Source: Candidatus Sumerlaeia bacterium
Lineage (GTDB): Bacteria > Sumerlaeota > Sumerlaeia > SLMS01 > JANRJK01
Reading direction: 5' to 3'
Assembly: GCA_033764015.1 (NCBI GenBank)
Contig: JANRJK010000019.1
Coordinates: 41,940-105,939, forward strand
DNA length: 64,000 nt
The position numbers were made by a program, and so were the translations under genes. How positions within the stretch are numbered: the first letter of the stretch is position 1; each line of letters opens with the position of its first letter. Below are positions 50,482 through 59,991 of the stretch, piece after piece. The notes under the pieces were generated by a model. It was not told the origin of the DNA. It searched no databases and saw only the letters and a list, made by a program, of their open reading frames with translations.

Positions 50482-51033
50482 CTACAGGACCTGCGTGTGG
50501 AGCAGACGGCGCTCCAGTTCGTGCAATTGCGTCATCAGCGTGGTGTCCACCAGCACGTCTCCGCTGCGGAACAGGACGCCGCCGACGACCTTGGGGTCGA
50601 CCTTGAACCGGGCCGAGAGCTTCCAGCCCAGATGCCGCTCCATGGTGGCCACGAGCGCCGCCTGCGTCGCGGCGTCGAGCGCCTGCGTCGTGGTGATCTC
50701 GGCTTCATGGAGGCCCTTCTCCGCGAGGAGCAGCCGCTCGAACTCCTCGAGCGCGGGCACGAAGTGCTCGAGCCGCCGCCGCTCGAGCATCAGCAGCGCG
50801 AAGTTCACCAGAAGGTTGTCCACCTTGCCGCGGAACACCCGCTCGACGAGGGACTTCTTTTCCTCGTCCGGAATGCTCGGCGTTTCGAGGAACACCTGCA
50901 GCTTCTGGTTAGAGCGAAGCGCCTCGATGAGCACGAGGCCCTCGTCGCCGATGCGGTCGAGGATGCCGGCCTGCTTCGCGGCGCCGAGTAGCGCCGCGCC
51001 GTAGGTGCGGGAGATCTCCGGATCGACTCTCAT
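50482..51033 (-). CDS. atpH: ATP synthase delta subunit
   Basis: RTYGAAL, NFALLM..RR, VDPKVVGG and operon position. Confidence 0.93.
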   Translation of the reverse strand: MRVDPEISRTYGAALLGAAKQAGILDRIGDEGLVLIEALRSNQKLQVFLETPSIPDEEKKSLVERVFRGKVDNLLVNFALLMLERRRLEHFVPALEEFERLLLAEKGLHEAEITTTQALDAATQAALVATMERHLGWKLSARFKVDPKVVGGVLFRSGDVLVDTTLMTQLHELERRLLHTQVL

Positions 51034-51560
51034 CGGGGCGACTTGTCCTGCATTTCCGCGATGAAGTTCTGCACGAGGCGCCGCTGGGCGTCGCCGTCGC
51101 ACTGCTGGCGGACCAGCTTTTCGGTGGCGCCGATGACGATGGCGACCATTTCGTTGCGGAGCTCGACGCGGGCCTTGTCGGTTTCAATGCGGATCGCCTG
51201 CTTGGCGCGTTCGAGCGCGGCTTCGGCGTCGGCCTTCGCCTTGGCCTCGATCTCCGCCGCGACGCGGCGGCCCTCGTCCACAGCGGTGTTGATGCGCTGG
51301 CGGGCCTCCTCGTCGATCTGCTTCAGGCGTGCCTCGTAGTCGCGGATCTGCCCGTCGAGCTGCTTATGGCGGGCGTCCAGGTCGTCGAACTGCTTGGAGA
51401 TCGCGTCGCGGCGCTCGTCGAGGTGCGCGAGGATCGGGCCCCACGCGAACTTCTTCAGGACGAAGAGCACCATCAGGAAGGCGATCACGGTCGTGACCAC
51501 CTGCGCTGTCAGCGTCCCCGCGGCGGCGCCGAGGAGGATGATGGGGGTAGTGCCGGTCAT
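51030..51560 (-). CDS. atpF: ATP synthase b subunit
   Basis: N-terminal TM followed by LKKFAWGPIL..LDERR and a coiled coil. Confidence 0.95.
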   Translation of the reverse strand: MTGTTPIILLGAAAGTLTAQVVTTVIAFLMVLFVLKKFAWGPILAHLDERRDAISKQFDDLDARHKQLDGQIRDYEARLKQIDEEARQRINTAVDEGRRVAAEIEAKAKADAEAALERAKQAIRIETDKARVELRNEMVAIVIGATEKLVRQQCDGDAQRRLVQNFIAEMQDKSPR

Positions 51561-51652
51561 GGCCAGATTCCTCGTGGTCGGTGTTCAATCCCCCGGCGTG
51601 CCGGCCCGAGGCCGGACCGCCGGGGAGTTGCCGAACGGACTGCGGACCCGGA

Positions 51653-51916
51653 TCAGCTCGTGAGGCTGCCCGTGAGGAAGATCGCGATCAGGGCGTAGAT
51701 CGCGAGCGCCTCGATGAAGGCGCAGCCGATGATCATGGCCGTCTGGATCTGCGGAATCGCTTCCGGCTGGCGGCCCATGGACTCCATGGCCGAGCCGACG
51801 GCGCGGCCGAGGCCGAACGCGGCGCCGATCGCCGCAAGGCCCAGACCGAGGGGATAGGCGAAACCAAGCGCCGTCTTGGCGTCGAGCGCCGCCATCATGG
51901 TGAGAAGGTCCGTCAC
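51653..51916 (-). CDS. atpE: ATP synthase c subunit (H+-type signature)
   Basis: GLGLAAIG, RQPE loop and FIEALAIY. It lacks the Q...ES/T Na+-binding signature. Confidence 0.96.
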   Translation of the reverse strand: MTDLLTMMAALDAKTALGFAYPLGLGLAAIGAAFGLGRAVGSAMESMGRQPEAIPQIQTAMIIGCAFIEALAIYALIAIFLTGSLTS

Positions 51917-52083
51917 GGTGGGAGACTCCCTGAGGGGGTGCCGGCCACGGGCTTCCGTGCGCCGGGTCGAGGTGCCGCCGGAGCCAAGGCCCCGGCGCGT
52001 TGCAGTCCGATCAAAACCACTCCGTCCAGCTTACCGCTCATCCGGCGACGGAGCCCGCCGGAAACTTGTCCAACCCGCGCCGG

Positions 52084-53190
52084 CTAGTGCGCCGCCGCGT
52101 GCGTCCCGTGACCTTGCCCGTCGTGGCCGTGTCCGTGGTCGTCGTGGTGCTCGTGCGGCAGCACCAGCAGGATGTAGATCGCCGACAGGATCGTGAACAC
52201 CAGCGCCTGGATCGCCCCGAGCAGGATCCCAAGGAAGTAGAACGGGAACGTCAGCGGCACGCCCACGTACTCGCCCAGCGTGTGGCTCACCACCGACATC
52301 AGCGTGATGCCCATCCCGAGGAACGCGCCCAGCAGGATGTCCTTGCCCAGCATGTTGCCGAAGAGGCGCAGCGCAAGCGACACCGGCTTGGAAAGCGTGC
52401 CGATCGTCTCGAGAACGAAGAACAGCGGCGCCAGCACCAGCGAAATCGGGTTCGAGAACGACGGCTCGCCCGCGAGGTGGTGCAGGTACTTGCCGTAGCC
52501 CATCTTGAACGCCGCCGTGTACTGCACGTAGAAGAACGTGCACAGCGCGATCGAGAACGTGATCACCAGCGACGCCGTCGGCGGCTTCATCAGCGGCACG
52601 AGCCCGAGGAAGTTGCAGACGAAGATGAACACGAAGAGCGTCCCCACGAACGGGAAGTACTCCTTCGCGTGCTTCTTGCCGAGGATGCCCTCGGTGAACT
52701 TGTACATGCCGCCGACGACCATCTCGAGGAAAACCTGTCCGCGGTCCGGGCGGCGCATGGCGGAGGCCTTCGCGCTGCGGAACTGCTTCCCGAACAGGTG
52801 CCCGAGGCCGACCGTCACCGCCGCAGCGATCAGCAGGAACAGGTGCGCGTCCCAAGGGGCGTAGTTGATGATCGGCATCTTGTGGTCGAGCGGGCCGTAG
52901 TAGAGGTTCTCCGCCAGCTTCTCGGTGGCGGTGAACTCCTCGCGCGGCTTGTCCGCCACGTCCTTCTTCATCGAGTAGACCCAGAGCTGGATGAAGGTGG
53001 GCGGCTCGGGCGGATGCTCGACGTGCTTGAAGCCGTGCGTCGGGACGCCGTCGTGGTGCCCCGCGGCGGCGTCGTGCGCGGCGTCGAGCGCCTCGCCGGC
53101 GGCGGCCTCCGCTTGCGCGGCGGCACCCTCCAGCGCAGCGCCCGCCTCGCCGGCGGCCGACTCGATCTGGCCCTGCAACGACTCATCCAT
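52084..53190 (-). CDS. atpB: ATP synthase a subunit
   Basis: NFLGLVP, PVSLALRLFGNM and IQALVFTILS. Confidence 0.95.
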   Translation of the reverse strand: MDESLQGQIESAAGEAGAALEGAAAQAEAAAGEALDAAHDAAAGHHDGVPTHGFKHVEHPPEPPTFIQLWVYSMKKDVADKPREEFTATEKLAENLYYGPLDHKMPIINYAPWDAHLFLLIAAAVTVGLGHLFGKQFRSAKASAMRRPDRGQVFLEMVVGGMYKFTEGILGKKHAKEYFPFVGTLFVFIFVCNFLGLVPLMKPPTASLVITFSIALCTFFYVQYTAAFKMGYGKYLHHLAGEPSFSNPISLVLAPLFFVLETIGTLSKPVSLALRLFGNMLGKDILLGAFLGMGITLMSVVSHTLGEYVGVPLTFPFYFLGILLGAIQALVFTILSAIYILLVLPHEHHDDHGHGHDGQGHGTHAAAH

Positions 53191-53575
53191 GCTGGATCGC
53201 GCCTTTCAGGGGAAGCTGTTCGGCGGCCGCGGCGACGGGCGGCGCGGCCTGGGCGGCGCGGCGGCGGACCATATGCCACAGCGCGAACGCCACGAAATAG
53301 AGATGAAGCCCCGCGAGCAGCGCGGTCACGTCCGCGCCGAAGAACATGAACAGGGCGAAGAGCGCCCCGAAGCTAGCCAGCTTGACCTGCAACGCCAGCA
53401 GCAGCGGCACCGTCCGGCGCTCCGAAATCCCGCGCAGCAGCACCGCGCTGGCGTACCAGTTCACCGTGAACAGCACCGCGCAGGCCGCGAAGTGCGCCGT
53501 CCAGACCGCGGCCCCGCCCGCAAGCGCCACCACAGCGATGGCGAGGGCCAGCACCGCGGTGATGATGAAGGGCAT
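53183..53575 (-). CDS. AtpI-like membrane protein
   Basis: Four hydrophobic segments, position directly before atpB with an overlap. Confidence 0.6.
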   Translation of the reverse strand: MPFIITAVLALAIAVVALAGGAAVWTAHFAACAVLFTVNWYASAVLLRGISERRTVPLLLALQVKLASFGALFALFMFFGADVTALLAGLHLYFVAFALWHMVRRRAAQAAPPVAAAAEQLPLKGAIQHG

Positions 53576-53626
53576 TTCCTGGTCGCGCCTGAGCATTCCG
53601 TGCCTTGGTGTCGTTTCCGCCGCGCG

Positions 53627-53869
53627 CTACCGCCGCGCCGAGCGGGAGTTGAGCCTTTTGATAATCGCTGCGCTTTCGCGGATTCCCGCCGCAAGCCCCA
53701 GTATCAGGCCCACGAACCGGAGGCCTTCCCACCCGACCGCGTCGCCGATCCAGGCGCCCAGGAAATACCCCACGATGGGGCTGGAGGCCATGGTGATCGG
53801 GAGCATCAAGGCGAGCGCCCCGCTACCCACCGTCTGGCCGGATCGCTCGATCGGATCGTCGTCCGCCAT
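53627..53869 (-). CDS. AtpZ/AtpI family protein (ATPase gene 1)
   Basis: GYFLGAWIGD..W...GLILGLAAG, first gene of the atp operon. Confidence 0.8.
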   Translation of the reverse strand: MADDDPIERSGQTVGSGALALMLPITMASSPIVGYFLGAWIGDAVGWEGLRFVGLILGLAAGIRESAAIIKRLNSRSARR

Positions 53870-53969
53870 GCGGCTGCCTTCCGCCGCGCGCTCCGGAAGC
53901 GGAGGGGGCGCGGCCAAGGCCGTGACGCTACGGGGGCGGCGACGGACGGGCACAAGCGCAAAGGGCCCT

Positions 53970-53987
53970 TTGTGCCGCATTTCACAA
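53970..53987. promoter_or_regulatory. Rex/CRP-like operator upstream of the atp operon
   Basis: TTGTGCCGCATTTCACAA has 2 mismatches to TTGTGAANNNNTTCACAA and lies ~100 nt upstream of the first atp gene. Confidence 0.6.
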
Positions 53988-54050
53988 ACGATAAAAATGG
54001 GGGCCTTTCGCGAAGAAAGGCCCCCGGATCCCTGCCGCGCCGGGCCTCCG

Positions 54051-54473
54051 CTACTGCAGTTTGCGGATCTGCACCTGCGCGTCCTCCGTCGTCCGCTGCG
54101 TGCTCGTCGAGCTGTAGAGGAACAGCTCGCCCGGCGACAGGACGTACGGCTTCCACGCGGTCACGTCGTGCGCCACGCCGTTCGCGTCGCGGAAGACGGT
54201 GCGCACGTCGATGCGCATCTTGGCGGAGCGGATGCTGCGGATCTCGACGCGGACGACCGCGAAGCCATCCGAGTTCTTCTCGAAGGCGAGCGGTCCCGTC
54301 GCGAGGCGGTCCGGCATGATCACCGGCGCCGCGTAGCGGTCCAGCGCGACCACGTCCTCCGTGCGGATCGCCGAGTCGGGGTCGTCCAGGTCCACGCGGC
54401 GGGCGGGGTCGCAGGCGCTCGCGAAGAGCAGCGCGGCGAGGATCGTGGTTCCTGCGAAGATCGTCGGCTTCAT
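54051..54473 (-). CDS. YcfL/DUF1425-like lipoprotein
   Basis: Lipobox LFASAC, VRTVFRDANG..TAWKP..LSPGE and an AGGAGG RBS. Confidence 0.7.
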   Translation of the reverse strand: MKPTIFAGTTILAALLFASACDPARRVDLDDPDSAIRTEDVVALDRYAAPVIMPDRLATGPLAFEKNSDGFAVVRVEIRSIRSAKMRIDVRTVFRDANGVAHDVTAWKPYVLSPGELFLYSSTSTQRTTEDAQVQIRKLQ

Positions 54474-55807
54474 CGGGCCGTTCCTCCTTCGGGTGCGGGT
54501 GGCAGGTAGCGGTACAGCGGGTTGCGCGTCCATTCGCGGTCCGGCACGCCAGATCGGAGCACGACCGGCGCCTCCGGGTTTGCCGCGGCCTTCTTGTCGG
54601 CGAGGATCGTGGGGGGCGCGGCGGGATCGGGCAACCGCCGTTCGCCGAGCCCGGCGAAGGGGCGCACCAGCAGCATCGCGTCCCAGCCGTCGCCCACCTC
54701 GACGCCCCGGTACGTCGTCCGCAGCTCCGGGCGCGGCGCGCCGCCGGGGCCGAAGAACTCGATCTCGAAATCGTACACGCCCGGTTCCAGCCGCGCGCTG
54801 ATCGCGTGCACCTCGCCCGGCACCGCGAGCCACTGCCGCTGGTCCGCGGGGAGCGCCTTCGTCGTCAGCGCCGCGAGCACGCCGAGCGCCGGATCGTCCG
54901 TCAGTTCGTACACGCCGTAGCCGACGCCGGTGGCCACCGCGGTGCCGCGGATCGCCTGCCACACCTCCTTGGTGAGCGGGCGCAGCGACTTCGCCGCCTG
55001 CAGCCGCATGTCGACCAGATTCACGCTGTCGTTGCCGACCGCGCGCCCGTTGGCGCGGAGCCGCGCGAAGGACCATTCGCGCGTCACCTCGCTGTACTCG
55101 AGGATCGAGCCCTGCGGCCCCTCGGCGAGCTTGCGCGGGCCGAAGCCGTTCTCGAGCAGCAGCACCACGTTGTCGCCGGCGAGCGCCGCGTCCGTCGCGA
55201 TCGGCTGCGCCTGCGGCGCCGAGCGCAGCAGCCGGTCGCGGTAGATGCGCGCGTTGTCCGGCTCGTTGCGCCGCGTGCTGTACCACTTCGCGAGCAGGAA
55301 GTTCGCGGGGCCGTAGTCCTCGCGGTAGCCCTCGTCGCTTTCGCCGTCGATCTGCGCGGCGTTGCGCCAGAGCGCGGCGGCGTTGTCGTGCTGGCCGAGC
55401 TGCCAGTAGGCCGCGCCCCCCGCGACGGAGGCCCAGGCGCGCTCGAACGTTTCGCCGATGTAGCGCCGCGCGCCTTCCCACGTGGCGAGCGACACCGCGC
55501 CCGCCAGCGCGCCGCGCTCCGCCCCGGCGTTCTCCTCGATCATGCCCACCGATTGCGCCACGATGCGCGGCTCGTTCGCCAGCGACGCCACCGTCACCGC
55601 GTCCATCGCCGCAAGCGTGTTGCCGCGCGCGTAGGGGTCCTGGTAGGAGGACGTGGCGATGGCGCGCGCCGTCGCCGCGCGGTAGTCGAGCAGCCGCGCG
55701 TTGGGCGCCGCGCACCCCGCCAGCGCAAGTAGCGCCGCCCCCGCCAGCGCGCGCCATGGCGATCCCGGTTGACGCGGCCGCGCCGTTCGCCCTTTGTTCG
55801 CCTTCAT
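54470..55807 (-). CDS. TPR-like lipoprotein (COG3014-like)
   Basis: Lipobox LALAGC, NVVLLLENGFGPRK and ADQRQWLAVPGE. Paired with a YcfL-like gene. Confidence 0.7.
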   Translation of the reverse strand: MKANKGRTARPRQPGSPWRALAGAALLALAGCAAPNARLLDYRAATARAIATSSYQDPYARGNTLAAMDAVTVASLANEPRIVAQSVGMIEENAGAERGALAGAVSLATWEGARRYIGETFERAWASVAGGAAYWQLGQHDNAAALWRNAAQIDGESDEGYREDYGPANFLLAKWYSTRRNEPDNARIYRDRLLRSAPQAQPIATDAALAGDNVVLLLENGFGPRKLAEGPQGSILEYSEVTREWSFARLRANGRAVGNDSVNLVDMRLQAAKSLRPLTKEVWQAIRGTAVATGVGYGVYELTDDPALGVLAALTTKALPADQRQWLAVPGEVHAISARLEPGVYDFEIEFFGPGGAPRPELRTTYRGVEVGDGWDAMLLVRPFAGLGERRLPDPAAPPTILADKKAAANPEAPVVLRSGVPDREWTRNPLYRYLPPAPEGGTAR

Positions 55808-56402
55808 GATCGACTCGCTCCGCGGCACCCTGCTCGACCTCGACGAGGACTCCGCCACGCTCGACGTGGGGGGCATCCGGTTCCGGCTCGACGTTCCGGC
55901 CTCAACCGCCCGGCAGCTTCCCGCCCCGGGGCAAGCGGCGGAACTGAAAACCCGCCTCTCCTTCAACGTGAACGAGGGAACCTTCCAGTTGTTTGGTTTC
56001 GCCACGGAAGAGGAGCGCGGCTGCTTCGACACCCTGACGCGCATCAGCGGCATCGGCCCGCGCAAAGGCCTGATGCTGCTGTCGCAGATCGAAATCGCCT
56101 CCTTCGCCCAAGCGATTCTGCGCAGCGACATCGCCTACCTCGCGAAGATCAAGGGCGTCGGCAAGAAGACCGCCGAGCGCCTGATCGTCGAACTGCGCGA
56201 AGCGATGGTCCCCTACGCCGCCGCCGCCCCCACCCCGTCCGGCCCCGCCCTCCCCGACACCGCCCGCGACGCGATCCAAGGACTCATGGTCCTCGGCTGC
56301 CCCCCGGCCAAAGCGGAACGCGCCGTCGCGGAAGCCCTGGAAGCATTGGGGGAAGGGGCGACGACGGAGACGCTTATTCGAGAGGGGTTGAGGAGGCGGT
56401 GA
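55806..56402 (+). CDS. ruvA: Holliday junction branch migration protein RuvA
   Basis: MIDSLRG, LFGF, ISGIGPR and IKGVGKKTAERLIVEL. Confidence 0.95.
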   Translation: MIDSLRGTLLDLDEDSATLDVGGIRFRLDVPASTARQLPAPGQAAELKTRLSFNVNEGTFQLFGFATEEERGCFDTLTRISGIGPRKGLMLLSQIEIASFAQAILRSDIAYLAKIKGVGKKTAERLIVELREAMVPYAAAAPTPSGPALPDTARDAIQGLMVLGCPPAKAERAVAEALEALGEGATTETLIREGLRRR

Positions 56403-58480
56403 TGAGAGGAGAGCATGACTGATACCACTTCTAGATATTGTCCGTCACTGTAGCCATTGAGAGCGACCAATTTCTTTTGGAGTTTTCAGCCCTTAAACTT
56501 CAAGAACTAGACGGTATAGTGCTTCCATGGAGTTTTCCCAGTCTCCTCCATGCAACGCTTGAAGAACGAGTTGGTACGCAAGAAATTGTACTTCCCGAGT
56601 TCAATGTCGCCAGCATAGTAATCTTTGGCGAGGATGGACTTGAAAAGCCGCGCGACTTTCCGAGCCACTTCCTCTTGTAATATCGCGCCCAGCTCCCTTT
56701 GATGTACCATGTCTACCCCATATTTGTTCAGAAAGTGCTCGCGATTCCTATGGTTCAAAAACCACTGAATTGCCAAGGCCCATGCAATGTACTTACCAGA
56801 TTTCTTGACCCCGCCCTTGTGCTTCTCGGGCATTTGATCCAGAACTCCTTCAACGAGGCGAGGCAGCAGGCGATGAAGTTTGTATGCAAGAATTATAATG
56901 CGCAGGTCGCACTTGAGAAGCTTGGGTGCAAACACTTTGTTGTACATTTTGTCGGAGTCAAAGACCGAGGTCATGTCGGTAATCTTGTCAAGTGCACCAT
57001 TGATTGCCATGATGGTTTGGCCTAGCATCTTGATCTCGATGTCCCGTGATTCGGTGATGCCTTCCCTTTCTCTATCCTCGTCTGTGTATGATTTGAACAT
57101 GCCGTCTTGGCGGGAGTAGAAAATGCCAAGCTTCTTGAATTCGTCATGCAGCTCGCATTGAAGTTGGTCATTTGCTCGAAGTTGCCAGGACTCGACTCTG
57201 TTTTGTTGGTTGTTTGCCACGGTGATGTCCCTAATGAAGATGTCATTCCCTGCACCATGTATAACACGTGCTAGCACACGAATCCGGCCGAACCTCGCTG
57301 CATTCTTTCCAGTGAATAGGCTATGATTTTCTGGTTCATTCATCATTTTGTGCACTGTCGATACTGTCTGGGCTCCATTCAAAAGGCGCGGATTATATAT
57401 CGTGGTGCTTCCTCCCTCGGGACTCGAGAAAATCGATGACGCAGAGATGGTTACGCCGTTATGTAGGAAGGCAAAGTCATCTGGTCCTAGGTTGCTGTGA
57501 AGCAGAATTCTGAGCAGCGACTCCCTGATCTTCCTGTTAGGGGCCTTTCTTGGGTCTAGGGTTCCTCGAATGTTCCTTGAAAGAAATTTCTGACCGAGCC
57601 TGCTATAGCACTTGACTAAGTCGTCAAGTGGCACTGCGACAACGGCAAGTTCGTAGTCGTCAGCGTTCTTCAGGCTGTAGGGTTTCTGTTCACAACGAAG
57701 TTCCAACTTGTCGATCACCTCCGTGCGCTGGGGACGCCGCTCCTCTGAAGTTATGTCGACTACGAATTGAACCTCCCAGCCCCTATCGCCGAAGAAACCT
57801 CTAACCAAAGACTCCTTGTTCTCAATTTCTTCCTTAAGGTTGAGAACTGCCGATGGAATCGCCTCTTCAGCATGATCTCCCTTGAATACATAAATTAGCT
57901 TGATTGCCAGAATGTCATCTTGGTGTCGCCCAAGCTCTTGCCGAAGTCTTTCAATGAAGGGGTTGTTAAGTAGTGGAGTGACCTTTTTCTTGTCGAAAAG
58001 TACGCTCATTCCTTTATCGATAAATGCAATCATGCTTGACTTGAACAATTGCGCATTCTCCGACCACTTGAATTGATAAATGTGGAAGATGCGAGACTTT
58101 GCGTCAAAATGGAATGCGTCCATGCCAAAATCGTCCCGGCCAAAGGACACCTGCTGAAGTGCCATTTCCGGGTCAATGCGAAAAACTTTACGCAGATACA
58201 AAGGTGCGAAGTAATCCTCAATCCGTCCCTTGTATATCTTCCGGTATTGCTTGAAGAACTCTTCGAGCTCGGATTCGTCTTGGTAGGTAATGGCCATGGA
58301 TGGGCTCCTTTGAAGAACGCAGGTCAGCAAAGGTGATCACCGGGCGCAAGCGAAAAGCGAAGGCTTATGACGCTTCTCGGTGTTTCTTGTTGCGGGCTAT
58401 ACGCATCTGCCGTGCTTCGCCCGCTGCAATTCGATCTACTAACTCCAGCTCCACCTAGGTCAGCTCCCTGTGAATTGGTC
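56400..58480. other. AT-rich horizontally acquired islet carrying the AIPR gene
   Basis: Abrupt visible drop in GC relative to both flanks. No integrase or transposase seen. Confidence 0.75.
56507..58297 (-). CDS. AIPR family protein (abortive infection phage resistance domain)
   Basis: DFGMDAFH..YQFKW N-terminal region, plus SRNIRGTL, FAFLHNGVTI, LLNGAQT and NNQQNRV..LRAND. Markedly AT-rich DNA. Confidence 0.88.
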   Translation of the reverse strand: MAITYQDESELEEFFKQYRKIYKGRIEDYFAPLYLRKVFRIDPEMALQQVSFGRDDFGMDAFHFDAKSRIFHIYQFKWSENAQLFKSSMIAFIDKGMSVLFDKKKVTPLLNNPFIERLRQELGRHQDDILAIKLIYVFKGDHAEEAIPSAVLNLKEEIENKESLVRGFFGDRGWEVQFVVDITSEERRPQRTEVIDKLELRCEQKPYSLKNADDYELAVVAVPLDDLVKCYSRLGQKFLSRNIRGTLDPRKAPNRKIRESLLRILLHSNLGPDDFAFLHNGVTISASSIFSSPEGGSTTIYNPRLLNGAQTVSTVHKMMNEPENHSLFTGKNAARFGRIRVLARVIHGAGNDIFIRDITVANNQQNRVESWQLRANDQLQCELHDEFKKLGIFYSRQDGMFKSYTDEDREREGITESRDIEIKMLGQTIMAINGALDKITDMTSVFDSDKMYNKVFAPKLLKCDLRIIILAYKLHRLLPRLVEGVLDQMPEKHKGGVKKSGKYIAWALAIQWFLNHRNREHFLNKYGVDMVHQRELGAILQEEVARKVARLFKSILAKDYYAGDIELGKYNFLRTNSFFKRCMEETGKTPWKHYTV

Positions 58481-58507
58481 CGCGCGCCAACTCCACCGCC
58501 CCCCGCC

Positions 58508-59176
58508 TCACTCGATAACCACCACGCGCCGCACCACTTCGTCGGGGTTGTCCGCTGGTGCGGGGAACTTGTTGGCGAGCTGCTCCGCGAGCGTGGCGAC
58601 GGCGCCGAGGAGCGCGTCGCGGCGCTGGCCGTCGCGGAGGGCCGTTTCCGCCGCGGCGCATACCCTCGCCACCAGGTCGTCGCCCGCGGCGGCGCGCGCG
58701 GCGGCCTCCGCCCGGACGATGACGCGGCGCTCGAAGAGCGACAGGTAGATCAGCACGCCGCCCCGGTTCGACGTTTCGCCGAGGCCGGCCCAGTGGAACA
58801 CGTGGCTGGCGGCGCGCTCGGGCTCGGCGGCGAGTTCCGCGCGCCCCGTGAGGAGCCGCCGCAGCGCGTGCCAGTGGCTGCCCGCGAGCGTGCCGGCGGC
58901 GAAGCCCAGGGCGGCGGCGAAGAGCTGCGACGCCAGCGGCGCCGCGGACACGTCCCAGTCGCCGGCGCCCGCGCCGAACACCGCCGCGGCGTCCGCCGCC
59001 ACCAGCCCCGCCAGCGCGCCGAGCAGCCCGACGATCGACTCCGCGCGGTCGTAGCGTCCCGACTCCGTGGCGATGGCGACGACGATTTCGGCGCCGGTGC
59101 GGCGCTCCGCGTCGGCGATTGCGGCTTCGAGCCGCTCGATGTCGTCCTGCGTGAGGAAACGCGCCGCGTTAGCCAT
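58508..59176 (-). CDS. TPM domain (DUF477-like) membrane protein
   Basis: AIADAERRTGAEIV, T..RGGVLIYLSLFERRV and FPAPADNPDE. Confidence 0.85.
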   Translation of the reverse strand: MANAARFLTQDDIERLEAAIADAERRTGAEIVVAIATESGRYDRAESIVGLLGALAGLVAADAAAVFGAGAGDWDVSAAPLASQLFAAALGFAAGTLAGSHWHALRRLLTGRAELAAEPERAASHVFHWAGLGETSNRGGVLIYLSLFERRVIVRAEAAARAAAGDDLVARVCAAAETALRDGQRRDALLGAVATLAEQLANKFPAPADNPDEVVRRVVVIE

Positions 59177-59184
59177 GGTGCGCC

Positions 59185-59991
59185 TCACCAGCTCCCCGTG
59201 GCGCCGCCGCCACCGGAGCGCCCGCCGCTGAACCCGCCCCGGCTGCGGTAGCCGCCGCCCGAAGACCCGGCGCTGTAGGTGCTGCCGCGGCGCGTCTTGA
59301 ACCCCAGCGCGCGCGCCACCAGGGCGACGAGGGCCAACAACCCGCCGAAGCATCCCTGCAATCCCCCCGCGCCTCCCGAGCTCTCCTGGTGGCGCGCGAT
59401 GAACTGTTGCGGCGGGGGCGGGGTCGCCGCCCCACCGGGGGGCAGGTAGTTCACCGGGGCGCCGGAGGATTCCGGCGGGTCCGCGGCGAGCTTCGCGAGC
59501 GCTTCGACGCCCGCGGCGATGCCGCCGGAGTAGTCGCCGCGCTTGAACGCCGGGATGATCGAGGCGGCCATCACGCTCTGGCAGTAGCCATCGGCGCCGC
59601 GCCCCCAGTCGGCGCCCAGCTCGATGCGCGCCTTGCGGTCGCCGACGCTCACCAGCAGCAGCATGCCGCGGTTCGCGCGCGCGCCGGACGGGTCGTTGAG
59701 CGTGCCGATCCCCCATTGGTTGAACCAGCGGCGGGCGAACTCCTCGATGGTGCCGGTGAATCCGTAGGCTTTCATGCTGGGCACCGTGACGACGACGATG
59801 GGGGTTGCGTGCGTCTCGAACGCGGTCCGCTGCGCGGCGCCCATGCGGTCCAGCTCGGGCCCGTGGATCAGCCCGGCGTAGTCGTTGACGAAGGCGCCAT
59901 CCTCCGGCGCGGGAGGAATGGGGATCTGCCCCCCCGCGGCACCCGCGAGCAGCGCGAACACCAGCGCCAGAGCGATGGAAAACAGCCGCAT
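59185..59991 (-). CDS. TPM domain protein (YgcG-like) with Gly-rich tail
   Basis: Signal peptide, VNDYAGLI, FNQWGIG, GMLLLVSVGDRKARIELG and GGFSGGRSGGGGATGSW. Confidence 0.9.
   Translation of the reverse strand: MRLFSIALALVFALLAGAAGGQIPIPPAPEDGAFVNDYAGLIHGPELDRMGAAQRTAFETHATPIVVVTVPSMKAYGFTGTIEEFARRWFNQWGIGTLNDPSGARANRGMLLLVSVGDRKARIELGADWGRGADGYCQSVMAASIIPAFKRGDYSGGIAAGVEALAKLAADPPESSGAPVNYLPPGGAATPPPPQQFIARHQESSGGAGGLQGCFGGLLALVALVARALGFKTRRGSTYSAGSSGGGYRSRGGFSGGRSGGGGATGSW

Noticed and set aside
56438..57267. Small ORFs overlapping AIPR (56438-56680, 56699-57025, 56880-57119, 57022-57267)
   Set aside because: They are short, overlap a well-supported gene and have no motifs.
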